Below, piece by piece: positions 37,868 to 48,999 of a stretch of DNA of 64,000 nucleotides. The stretch is taken from the NCBI GenBank assembly GCA_047967505.1, contig CM106538.1; one strand, given 5' to 3'. The notes beneath the pieces are model-generated. The model was not told where the DNA came from. It saw only the letters and a list, made by a program, of their open reading frames with translations, and did not search any database. How positions within the stretch are numbered: the stretch's first letter is position 1; each line of letters starts with the position of its first letter. The stretch comes from Dipteris shenzhenensis. Lineage: Eukaryota. A program made the translations under genes and the position numbers.

Positions 37868-40800
37868 CACTACAAGGCACAGGCCCTTTTTTAATGGAAA
37901 TACTGACCTTTTTTACACTAAATTTTTTTTTTTACGGGCGCAAAGGTCGGTCTTTACGTCGCTATAAGCGTCGAAAAAGAACGGTTGCTATACAAGCATT
38001 GCTATATAGACGCTAGTAAACTTGCTATATAGCGACACTAACAAGTGTCGCTATATAGTGACACTAGTAAACGTCGCTATATAGCGACGATTAATATAAG
38101 CTTAAAAAAAGCATTGGTGGGGCTAAACAGAGCCACATCAAGCCCTGTTTTGCCCCACTAATGTTTTTTTTTAAAGTAATTACAAAAGAATGTTCTTTGT
38201 TACCAAAAAAAATTTGTGAAAAGGGTGATACAAAATCGCTCAAACGAGCCGAGCGACAGAAGCATATACATGTTGAAGATATACAACATTGTTTGTTACA
38301 AAATTATACTTTTGAAAGAGAGGAGAAAAGAGGAAAAAAATAGAAAAAGAGAGAAAGCCGATGCTTATGAAAAGAAAAGAAAAGAAAATGAAAGAGAGGA
38401 AATAAGAGAGGGAAAAAGAAGAGAAAGAAGAGAAAGAAAGAGGGGGAAAGAGAAGGAAAAAAGAGAGGGGAAAAGCATATGAGCATATGAGCATATGCTC
38501 ATGAATAAGCATAAGCATATGAGCATAAGCATAGGCAAATGCATATGCTTATGAAAAGAATAGAAGAGAGGATGAAAGAGAGGAAATAAGAGAGGGGGAA
38601 AAAAGAGAAGGAAGAGAAAGGAAGATGAGAAAAGAGAAGGAAAAAAAGAGGGGAAAAGCATATGAGCATATGAGCATATGCTCATGAATAAGCATAAGCA
38701 TAAGCAAATGCATATGCTTATGAAAAGAAGAGAAAAGAGGATAAAAGAGAGGAAATAAGAGAAGGGAAAAGAAGAGAAGGAAGAGGAAGGAAGAGGGGGA
38801 AAAAGAACGAAAAAAGAGAGGGGAAAAGAGCATAAGCATAAGAGAAGGAAAAAGAAGAGGTGAAAATAAGAAAAGAGAGGAGAAAAGAAGAAAAGAGGGG
38901 AAAAATTAAAAAAAGAGAGAAAGCATATGCTTATGCCTATGCATGAGCATATGAGCATATGCTCATGCATAAGCATAAGCTTATGAGAGAGATACATAGA
39001 CAAATGAATATGCTTATGAAAAGAAGAGAAAAGAGGATGAAAGAGAGGAAATAAGAGAGGGGAAAAGTAGAGAAAGAAGAGAAAGAAAGAGGGGAAAAGA
39101 GAAGTAAAAAGAGAGGGAAAAAGAATAAAAGAGAGGAAAAAAGAGAAAGCATATGCTTATGCTTATGCATGAGCATATAAGCATAGGCAAATGCATATGC
39201 TTATGAGAAGAGGAGAAAAGATAATGAAAGAGAGGAAATAAGAGAGGGGAAAAGAAGAGAAGGAAAAAAGAGAGGGGAAAAGCATATGAGCATATGAGCA
39301 TGTGCTCATGCATAAGCATAAGCATATGAGCATAAGCATAGGCAAATGCATATGCTTATAAAAAGAAGAGAAAAGAGGATGAAAGAGAGGAAATAAGAGA
39401 GGGGAAAAGAAGAGAAGGAAGAGGAAGGAAGGGGGAAAAAGAGAATGAAAAAAGAGAGGGGAAAAGAAGAAAAGAGAGGAAGAAGAGGAAATAAGAGAGG
39501 GAGGGAAAGAGGGGGGAAAGAGGGTGGAAAAGAGGAAAAGAGGGGAAGAAGAGGGAATAAGAGAAGAGAGGGGAAAAAAGGGTTTCTACGCCCATCACTG
39601 TAGCTAGCGCTTAAAGCACTAGCTGCAGACCAATGCAAATAACAGAAAAAAAAAAAAGGAAAAAAAAGAAAGCACTTTCTTACCTGGAAAAGTCCCGCTC
39701 GGTGTTTCATGGACTGGGAGTGGACTGGCCCTACAAAAGAGAGGAAACATACCATTTTTTAGATAACTAGTTAGAAGAAGGAAGAATTTAGAGAAACAAC
39801 TTTCCAAAGGGATTGGATTGAGGGGACAAGCATAAGCCTACAAACAAGGAGAAAGCACGAAAGGAAGGGAAAGAGGAGGAAGAGAAATACCAAAAAGAGA
39901 AGCAAATCTCATTTTTGTTCCTTAATCTCTGAAAATCAAGCATGAAAATTAGCGCATAGGCTTAGCAATGCAAGAAGAAACATGCTTCAACTCTCACAAA
40001 ATGAAATCTCACAAAAAAATGAACCTACATTGCTTAAAGAGACACACCTTCTTGAAAAACTTCCTTTCACACATGTAGAGAGGGAGCACAAGTGTCAATG
40101 GGAGAGGGGCTTGGTAGGGGTGAGGAGTGTGGGGAATAGAGGAGGAAAGTGAGGTCGCCGAATAGAGAAGGAAAACGTGGGAGGAGAGATTTTTGCTTTT
40201 CTCATAATAGAGTTGTGAAAGATGACGTCGCATGGGGTTTCGCGGGTGTTTCAGGTTTTAGTCCCCCAATGTCACTATATAGCAACACTGGTCAGTCACA
40301 CTATAGTGACACTCATACCCTAAAAGTGTTGTTATATGGCAACACTCATATCCTAAAAGTGTCGCTATATAGCAACACTTATACCCTAAAAGGGTCGCTA
40401 TATACTTATACCCTAAAAGCATCGCTATATAGCGACAAAACAGGACAAAGCATCTCTATATAGCGATGGTTCAGGGCACTTGATCTAAGAAGAGAGGGAA
40501 GGAGCTCATGGGTGGCTATTTTTTGGATCTTAATGGATTTCCTTACATTTTGTGTTGTGATTTTGGAGGTGTGCAGATGGAAGGGACGAGTGAAAGCTTG
40601 TCAGATGATGTGCCAATGCTCGGTGGCGCATACTGGCTTACAGAGAGGTTGTATTGTCATTGCACTCATTGCAAGCAAGAAGTACGACATCAACGCCATA
40701 TTGTCATGTGCCACTTGAGGATGTATGGGAAGGAGCTCAAACCATTACCCACCATTGGTGGTGCACGTGATGATGGATCATTGGAAAGTCAATGCTATTT

Positions 40801-40955
40801 GAGTTCATGATTAATATTGCATGTGTACACGACACCAAATCTTGAGACAAGATCTTATATTTACACGAAACCTTGAGACAAGATGAGGAGGGTGGTGTGT
40901 GTATACCTTCACACTTTGAGAAGGAGTATAGTCTCATGGATGTGCTAGATGATGA
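37868..40955. mobile_element. CACTA (En/Spm) transposon copy A, internally deleted and interrupted by copy B
   Basis: Starts CACTACAAGGCAC. Subterminal GTCGCTATATAGCGAC palindromes at 37958-38090, hairpin at 38104-38172, GCATAA/GAGCAT satellite mixed with GA-rich tracts at 38310-39570, conserved non-coding micro-exon at 39684-39730 (-), promoter palindrome cluster at ~40270-40465, and TnpD 5' exons from 40577 (+). Confidence 0.88.
40577..40955 (+). pseudogene. CACTA TnpD N-terminus (transposase-associated Zn domain), truncated by insertion
   Basis: MEGTSESLSDD...WLTERLYCHCTHCKQEVRHQRHIVMCHLRMYG, closely similar to the copy B N-terminus at 45382 (-). It ends at the CACTA terminus at 40956. 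Confidence 0.85.
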
Positions 40956-41335
40956 CACTACTACACACGGATCCTATTGCGATGTTTACGTACCGACGTT
41001 TAGCGCCCGCTTAGCGTTAATCGTCGGTATGAAAAGCGGGTTTCGTAAATCGTCGCTATATAGCGACTGTTGCTAAAAGTCGCTATATAGCGACTTTTGT
41101 AAAAGTCGCTATATAAAAGTCGCTATATAGCGACACTGATACAAAATATTATAGCGACGCTTTTACAGAGAGTTTTTTTTTTTTTATAGGCCTTAAAAGT
41201 TAGTTTTTTCCAATGACAAATTTTTTTAAATTTTCATACATGTTTGAGCTCATAGAGAAATAAAAAATGAGAGCATGTACATCAAGTCTTTGAAGCTCAT
41301 ATATATATTCATGTCCAAGTTTGAGATGAGAAAAA

Positions 41336-44300
41336 TCAAATAAGAGCATTTACATCAACTGTTTCATCTTGAGCCAAGTCTAAGGCGCCAAGCAAGTCTA
41401 TCTCCAACTCTATACCGAGTTGATCTCCTATATCATCATCGTACTCTAGCATCGTACGTTCACCTAAAAGTATTTGATCATCTTCTTCAATAAAGCTTAA
41501 GTGTGGTGATTGATCTTGATGATTGTTGTCTTCTTCGTCAATATCGTGATCTCCATCCTCCTCCCGTGCGATGTCATTATGCGCATCTTCGTCTTGGCTC
41601 ATATGGTGATCTACATCTTCTTCGCTAGATTCATCAATTGGATCCGGCATTGGTAGTGGCATCTCCATATCCACATCTCGATCTTCAAAATTTCGCTTAC
41701 TTCGTGGTGCAACTTGGATCACGTACCATCCTCTTGGACCAGAACGATCCAGATGAAAAACCACCTATATTGAAGATGGGTGCCAAATGTCGTCAATTAT
41801 ATATATATCAATGGACTTTAAAATCGAAAGCTTCGACTAATTAAATCATTAATATGCACCTGCTCACAGTGCTCGGGAAGAACAAAAGTATCACTTTCAT
41901 CGGTCCAATGTTTGGTGGAGTCTATTGCAAAGAGACAGCTACTATCTTTTCTCACTGTCGCATGGGGACCGTTGTAAGTAGTTCTAAACCATTTTACATC
42001 AAGAATGAAAATAGTAAATCGTCTGAAATCAATTTCATAGATGTCGCTTATGGTTCCACAATAATCCAACTGTGAAGAGAGAAGATTGGTATCCAAAGCA
42101 CTTGCTCAGCTATCTTGTGTGAAGTTAGCCATGACTCCACAATCATACGTGACTCTCTTTGAATCGATGCGTTCCACGCAAAAATGTCGTCCATATGACC
42201 ATAATGCACTATACTTTTTGTACTGTAAAAGAGCATCATTAAAACAATGAAGATGCACCTATTTTATAGCATATATTGCCACAAATAATTACTTAATTAC
42301 GTCAAGATATAAGAAACTTACATGCACCATACATCTAGATGATAACTCCCACTCACGCTCGTTTATTGTCTCTCCATCACATTCGGCCTTTATGTAGAGC
42401 CAGTTGTAGCCAATCAAGTGACATGTGAGTAGGGAGAAGAGCCAGATCTCGTGGATATGGTTGTGATCGCCTGTACATTACTCTAAATCTCGTCCTTGCA
42501 TTTATTCTTTCTGCTTTGGCCACTTCATATCTCTCAATCCACTTCTACATCTCAGGGCTATTGAGGATACAAAACTTATTGAATTTCTCCATTTGCTCTT
42601 CGCTCATCTTTCTTTCAATCCCTTTTCCTTGGGGAACCTCGCCAATGATGCAATCATCATCCTTGTTGTGCCAAGCTTGCGACATATCAGGATCCGTGGA
42701 TGCAAGAAACTCTGTGATATATACTAATGACTCTTGCACAAGCCATCCCTCTGCCATGCTTGCTTCTGGTCTTGCTCTTTGTCTTACAAACCCCTTTAAA
42801 GTTTTCATAAACCGCTTGAGAAAAAACATCCATCGATTATGAACGGTACCTGCTATAGCCACCTCATCAACTATGTGCACAAGCAAGTGGACTTGAGTTG
42901 TAATAATGCTTGAGGGAAAGTGCTTCTCAAGCAAGCATACGGCTTCGATGGATTCCACCCTAGCCTTCTCGATGCTCGATATAGAGATCTCTTTTTGAGA
43001 TATCTACCTATTTCACATGTCCATGCATATGTAAGATATTTGAGATCCACCTATTTTACATGTCCATTAAGAAAATACATAATGCGATTTGATAGTAAGC
43101 ATACCTCACAATACCACAGATCTTGAATATAGCATTTCTAACATCTTCTTGTAAGCACCCTTTTATTGTAATTGGGAGGATGAACTATCAAAGCAATAAT
43201 GAAGTCATGTCAACAATATAACATAATAATAATTACGCTAATGCATCACTATTATCGGTACACTAATTCTACTTAGAATACCTGTAAGACCTTGTGCCAA
43301 TCATGGGACTTGAGGCCACTAAGCTTATTGTCCTTTGAAAATGCTCCTTTCAAGCAACGCATGTACCCTGTCGGTGTTTGAAAAGAGGCAATGTCTGCCT
43401 TGACCGCTGCCTCCTCCCTCGTAGAGAGGATCCACGTTGCTTTCGGGAGGACAACTTTTCCCGAAGCATGCACTTGGGGCCACAAACGAGACATCCTATT
43501 CATAGCACGTAAGTCTTCTCGCACTCCTCTCGAGTCCTTAGAACCAACCAAGTGTGCCCAAATAGTAGCCCCCATATTCTTGAAGATATGCATGGGATCC
43601 AAGAGATGATTGATTTGTAACTGACCCCAATAAGGAAGCTCATGAAAGATCGATAGCCTCTTCATACCAGGAGGAGGTTCCTCTCCATTTGCCCTCCAAG
43701 CTTGAATCCAATCACTTGCCTTCAAATATGATGGTGATGGATCAAGTTGACCTCCATGTGCGAGATGGTCGAGCGGAAGGTATCGAGCATGACCTTCATA
43801 AACATTTTTCCTCATATGTTTGGAGTAGCGTGCAAGCGATTTCAAAGCCGGTCCACAAACAGGACAAGCATGGTACCCACTTGTAACAAGTCCTGCACGC
43901 GTGCATGAATGTGTTAGTACAAGACATGCGTGCAAAAGAGAGTAAAAAAAGCATAATCCCTCATTGTACATGTAGAGACATAACCACGTACCTGCGCACT
44001 CTCCATATCCTGGGTAGTCATGCATGGTCCTCATCAAGATACCCCTGACCAAAATATCATTGGTATGTCTAGGAGCTCTGGAAATATCAAAGACCTGCAC
44101 TCCTCTCCATAATATCTGTAACTCCTCTATCAAAGGTGCCATGTACACGTCCATGTTTTTTGCCTTGTACTTTCCTGGCACAAGTAGTGCAAGCATGAGG
44201 TGTCCCTTTTTTATTGTTAGCCATGGTGGGATATTGTAATTCACCACGACTATGGGCCATGTCGACCAAGATGTCGAGCGTAACCCGAAAGGATTCACGC

Positions 44301-45382
44301 AGTCCATGGCTAGCCCAAGATGTAAGTTACGTGGCTCCCTCGCAAAGTTCGGCCACTAATTATCTATGTGCTTCCAAGCTGCACAATCTGCGGGAATCCT
44401 CAATGTGTGATCAGTGGACCGATGAGATGCATGCCATGTCATCAACTCTGCTATGGATTTGCATCGAAACATGTGTTGTATTCTTGCAACGATGGGAAAG
44501 TGTCTTAAGACCTTTACCGGTATCCGCTCACCCTGCAAGTCATCTCTATATCATTGTTCCCCACACTTTGGACAACTAGCCAAATCTCCATGCTCACGAC
44601 GAAAGAGAATACAATCATTACGGCAAGCATGGATGGTATCATAATCCATACCCACCATTGTTAGCATCTTTTTCGCTTCATCTCTTGATGCGGGCATAGT
44701 ATTTGGTGCAGGCAACATTTTCTGGAGCAACCTATGACAAAGACACTATCCAAATGATGATTCTCAAAACAAACAATATCCAAATAATGAGTCAAATTAA
44801 TGGAAGGGCTAACCTCATTAAGGTCGAGACACTTGTATCCGACCACCCATACTGTACTTGTAGATTCAAGATTGAGAGACAAGCACGTAGTTTAGACATC
44901 CTAGCACCCTCGTACAATTGTGTTGATTCCAACTCTCGCATTTTGACCTCAGACTCTGACATCATGTGTACGTGGGATGTAGTGCCCCTAAAAATGGAAT
45001 CCATCATGTCGACCATACCCTCGTCGTCATCCGAGAGACTATAGTCTTGTTGAAAGTGAGAAGGTATATGTGTACCCTCATCACCCTCCTCATCCTGTTT
45101 TAAGATTTAGTGTAAATATAAGATCTTCTATCCTGGTATACAATAAGATTGCGAACTTAAATAGCTTTGACTTACCGATGATCCATCAACGTGTGCAACA
45201 CCAACGGGGGACACTGGTTCCGGCTCCTCCCCATACATCCACAAGTGGCGCATGATAATACGACATTGATGTCGTACTTCTTGCTTGCAATGAGTACAAT
45301 GATAGTATAACCTCTCCGTAAGCCACTTCGTGCTACCGGGCGTTGGCGCATCATCGGACGAGCTTCCACTCGTCCCTTCCAT
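41336..45382 (-). pseudogene. CACTA TnpD/tnp2 transposase, multi-exon, nearly intact with a few premature stops
   Basis: N-terminal LYYHCTHCKQ...MRHLWMYG; core PRNLHLGLAMDCVNPFG..SWSTWPIVVVNYNIPPW..MDVYMAPLIEELQILW..MHDYPG (Transposase_21 type); LDPMHIFKN; GLKSHDWH; DUF4218-type LEKHFPSS...VHLLVH...RWMF..R.MKTLK; DUF4216-type YCGTISDIYEIDF...VKWF; acidic C-terminal tail. In-frame TAG stops at ~44356 and ~42545. Confidence 0.93.
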
Positions 45383-45487
45383 CTACACTTATAAAATCAC
45401 AACATAAGCATGAAGAGGAGATATTGACAATTATAAAATAGCATGTTTGAGCTTCTCTTGAGGCCATATAAAAAAAGTGACAGTAAG

Positions 45488-45588
45488 CGTCGCTATATAG
45501 CGACGCTCTGTTCCGTCGCTATATAACGATGTTTTTAATTAAAAACGTCACTATATAGCGACGGATTAGCGTCGCTATATAGCGACGC
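45488..45588. promoter_or_regulatory. Internal cluster of GTCGCTATATAGCGAC palindromes between divergently oriented TnpD and TnpA-like transcription units (homologous cluster at ~40270-40465 in copy A)
   Basis: Four copies of the subterminal motif about 100-200 bp upstream of the TnpD ATG and upstream of plus-strand UTR exons. The regulatory role is inferred. Confidence 0.6.
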
Positions 45589-46126
45589 TGTGGATTAAAA
45601 CCCGAAACGCCGAAACGCGCGGCGTTTTGCTCAATCCATTCCCTAATCTCTCAAGTAAGCAACCCAAAATCTCCTCCCACTATTTTCGACGACCTCCCAT
45701 CTATTCCAAGCAACCTCCCACTCTATTTTCCACTCCTCACCCTTCTCCTACCTCTTGTACTCCCTCTCTATCCTTTTCCCTCTTTGGTTTCTTGAAAGAA
45801 AGTTCTTTAAGAGGTGAGTTTGTTTCAACAATGTAGGTTGTTTGTTTGTTAGCTTTAGTTTTGTGAGTGTTTCTTGTTGTATTGCTAAACCTGTAAACTA
45901 GTTTTCATGCTTGTTTTAAAAGGATTGAAATAAAAAACAAGATTTCAAGAAAGAAAGAAAACTCACCTCTTTTTTTGTATTTCTCTTCCTTCTCTTTCTC
46001 CTTGTCTCCTCAATCTCCTCCTTTCCTTGTCTCCTCAATCTCCTCCCTTCAAGAAGTTGCTTTTGTAATCTCCTCCTTCCACTAACATCTTATTTGAAAA
46101 AATGGGTTGTTTTCTCTCTTTTGTAG

Positions 46127-46164
46127 GGCCAGTCCACTACACCGAGCGGGACATACTTTTTCAG
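46127..46164 (+). other. Non-coding 5'UTR micro-exon of the TnpA-like transcript
   Basis: Branch-like CTAAC (46082), acceptor TTTTGTAG|, donor CAG|GTAAGT, and an upstream donor GAG|GTGAGT at 45814. The splice sites are conserved in the inverted homologue in copy A (39684-39730). Confidence 0.6.
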
Positions 46165-46971
46165 GTAAGTGCTTCCTCCTTTTTCCATTTATTATTTTTG
46201 TTATTTGCATTGGCCTACAGCTAGCACCTTAAGCGCTAGCTGCAGTGATGGGCGTAGGGACCCTCTCTTCCCCTCCCACTCTTTCCTTCTTTCCCCTTCT
46301 CTTATTCTCCTTTTTCCCCCTTCTCTTTTTTCCCTCTTCTCTTATTCTCTCTTTCCCCCTTCTCTCTTTCCCCCCCATCTCTTTTCCCTTCTCTCTTTCC
46401 TTTCCCTCTTACTCTCTATTTCCTTTCCCTCTTATTCTCTTATGCTTATGCTTCTCTCATTCCCCCTTCTCTCTTTCCCCCTTCTCTATTTCCCCCTTCT
46501 CTCATTTGCATAAGCTCATGCTTATGCTCATGCATGAGCATGAGCTTATGCATAAGCTCCTTCTCCTTTTCCGCATGAGCATAAGCTCATTTTTCCGCAT
46601 GAGCATAAGCTCATGCTTATGCTCATACATGAGCATGAGCTTATGCTTAAGTTTCCGCATAAGCTTATGCTTATGCGTGAGCTTATGCGAAAATAGAGAA
46701 TGAGAGAAACTTATGCTTCTCTCATTCTCTATTTCCGCATAAGCTCCTTCTCTTTTTCCGCATAAGCTCCTTTTCTTTTTCCGTATGAGCATAAGCATGA
46801 GCTTATGCTTATGCTCATGCTTATGCTCATGCATGAGCATGAGCTTATGCATGAGCATGGCAAACGTCGCTATATAGCGACGATGCAAACGTCACTATAT
46901 AGCGACACTGTTAATCGTTGCTATATAGTGATACTGGTAAACGTCGCTATATAGCGACGATTAACAAAAGT

Positions 46972-47047
46972 AAAAAAAAAGGGTTAGTGGGGCTAAACAG
47001 GGCTTCCTTTTGGCCCTGTTTAGCCCCACTAATCCTTTTTTTTTTTT
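46972..47047. other. Long hairpin downstream of the TnpA-like gene (homologue at 38104-38172)
   Basis: A9-GGG-TTAGTGGGGCTAAACAGGGC / GCCCTGTTTAGCCCCACTAA-TCC-T12: a 20-bp perfect core extended by A/T tracts. Confidence 0.9.
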
Positions 47048-47230
47048 GTAATTACAAAAGAAAGTTTTTTATAACAAAATTTCCCTTGCTTGCAAGGTAT
47101 CTTGTGAAATGATGAGTAACAAATGCATATACATGTCGGACATATACAACAGTGTTTGTAACAAAATTACCCTGTCGAAAGGGTGATACGAAATTGCTCA
47201 AACGAGCGGATATACAAAATGCTACTACCA

Positions 47231-48782
47231 CTACTCATCCGAATCCGAATCATCTTTGTCTTGTTGGCCTATTCCTTGGTCCTCGACACCTGCATCTTCT
47301 CCCTCGTCCTCACCACCTGCGTCTGATCCTTGCCCCTGTTGATCGCTCGCCTCCGATGATGGGACGCTTGAGCTTTGACCCTAAGAGTGAACCATATAAA
47401 TCAAAAATTAGATTGGAACTTAAATTAAAAAGTGAGATTACAAGTAGGAGTAAACTTATACCGTGCGAGCAGCCACCTCAGCCCAATCAACTGTCGCTCC
47501 CATTGCCTCTTGCTCAATAAACCACGGCTTTGTTCCTATTCGAAATGCGCACCGCGTCTCTGCATCCGTAGGAAGACGACCGATCGCAGCTTGCTGTGGA
47601 TCCAATTTACGAGAGTTAGAGTTAGCTAAAGTGCATGTAATATGTAAGTAAAACAAATAGAACAATACATTAAATGGGAAGAAGTAGACTTACCACGGTT
47701 GCCTCGAACGCATACCATCCACCTGCACCAAAGTGCGAAGTACCTACGACGTCCAGCCATCTCTTCGCAGCCCTCCTCTGACCCTCGAACATTTCAGGAT
47801 GGTCCCTATGTTGCTTCTTGAAGTACTTCCAATCAGCTTTGTCTGCCCAGCTGGGTTTAGCCAACCCCTTTGTAATGGAAGTACACAAGGTTGATCTACG
47901 ATGCTTTAGGACCAAACCCATGCGCTCTCGCATATAATCATCATTAAACTCCACATTTGGCAAATTAGGGTATCTTTGTTTTAACTCATCGATCACCGCC
48001 TGCTTCTTTTGGGCATCTTGATACCGCCAATCGGTATTTATGCCGCTCTTGAAGTGATGACTCATCAACCTCCTCATGGCGGCCATCACTGCTTTGCCCT
48101 TTTTATCTTCTATTATCTCTCCGGTAGATGTGATTTGATAGGAGAGATCCCCTGATGAGTAAGGGGGATTGACGGTAGCAGAGTCTGAAGGAGTGGAAGT
48201 TGCGGGAGCGCTTCCGGAGCGAGGAGTAGCAGTGGGAGTAGGAGAGGGAAAGCGACCTGACTGATACTGTGTCTCTAGACCAAGTGGAGACCTAAAGCAG
48301 TGTGAGTGTGCTAACTCGTCTACATCTCCAGAGTCAACACAACATGAGCCACCCATCCTACTCTTCCTTCCCTTGCGAGAGGCATGTGCAGGTGATGATC
48401 CCGTGGTTGAAGGGGCGCGAGGGGATGGCTGGGCAGTACGTCCACCCGTCGGTGTAGGGGAAGGAATTGCGGAGGTCCTCTGAGAGAGCAGAGAGAAGAA
48501 TCTCGCTGCCTCCTCGTCGCTCATCTGCGCTACAAACTCGTCAGGACTCCCGACAAAGCCATGCGCGGCTAGCAAAGGAGTTCCCCGAGGGGTAGTCGGA
48601 GTGCTACGTGGAAGAGGGGTCGGACCAGGGGTAGTCGTAGTGCTAGGTCTGAGAGGAGTCGGACCAGGGGTAGTCCTCGGGGTAGTCGCCTGAGAGGAAT
48701 CAAAGTCCTCTGGAGCATATAGATCGTGAGCTCTCCTCCTGCGAGGCTGTCCATACTTGTCGGATGAGCGACGTGATCCCAT
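47231..48782 (-). CDS. CACTA TnpA/Ptta-like accessory protein, 3 exons (48782-47694, 47593-47462, 47380-47231), ~456 aa, apparently intact
   Basis: GT-AG junctions keep the frame (1089+132+150 nt). Pro/Thr/Ser-rich N-terminus, then DWRYQDAQKKQAVIDELKQRY...KPSWADKADWKYF...HFGAGG...GRLPTDAE, resembling En/Spm Transposase_24-type proteins, and an acidic tail. Lies inside a CACTA element. Confidence 0.75.
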
Positions 48783-48999
48783 GTCTAACATAGACACAAA
48801 CACAAAAACAGAAAACAAAAAAACAAATATAAGCATTCTCATAGGCATAGGCATAGGCAAGAAGAAAGAAGAGGGAAAGGAAAGAAGAGGGAAAGGAAAA
48901 AGGGAAAGAAGATGGAAAGGAAAGAAAAGAATGAGAATGAGGAAATAGAGAATGAGAGAAAGGGGAAATAGAGAAGGGGAAAGAGATGAGGGGGAATGA

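Noticed and set aside
38216-39807. Phe/Leu/Ser-rich and Lys/Arg/Glu-rich ORFs
   Set aside because: Low-complexity GA-rich tracts within the CACTA intron.
37958-46958. Clustered GTCGCTATATAGCGAC palindromes as a possible CRISPR-like array
   Set aside because: Repeats are only 16 bp, spacers are short (mostly 5-20 bp) and irregular, there are no cas genes, and the context is eukaryotic CACTA subterminal repeats.
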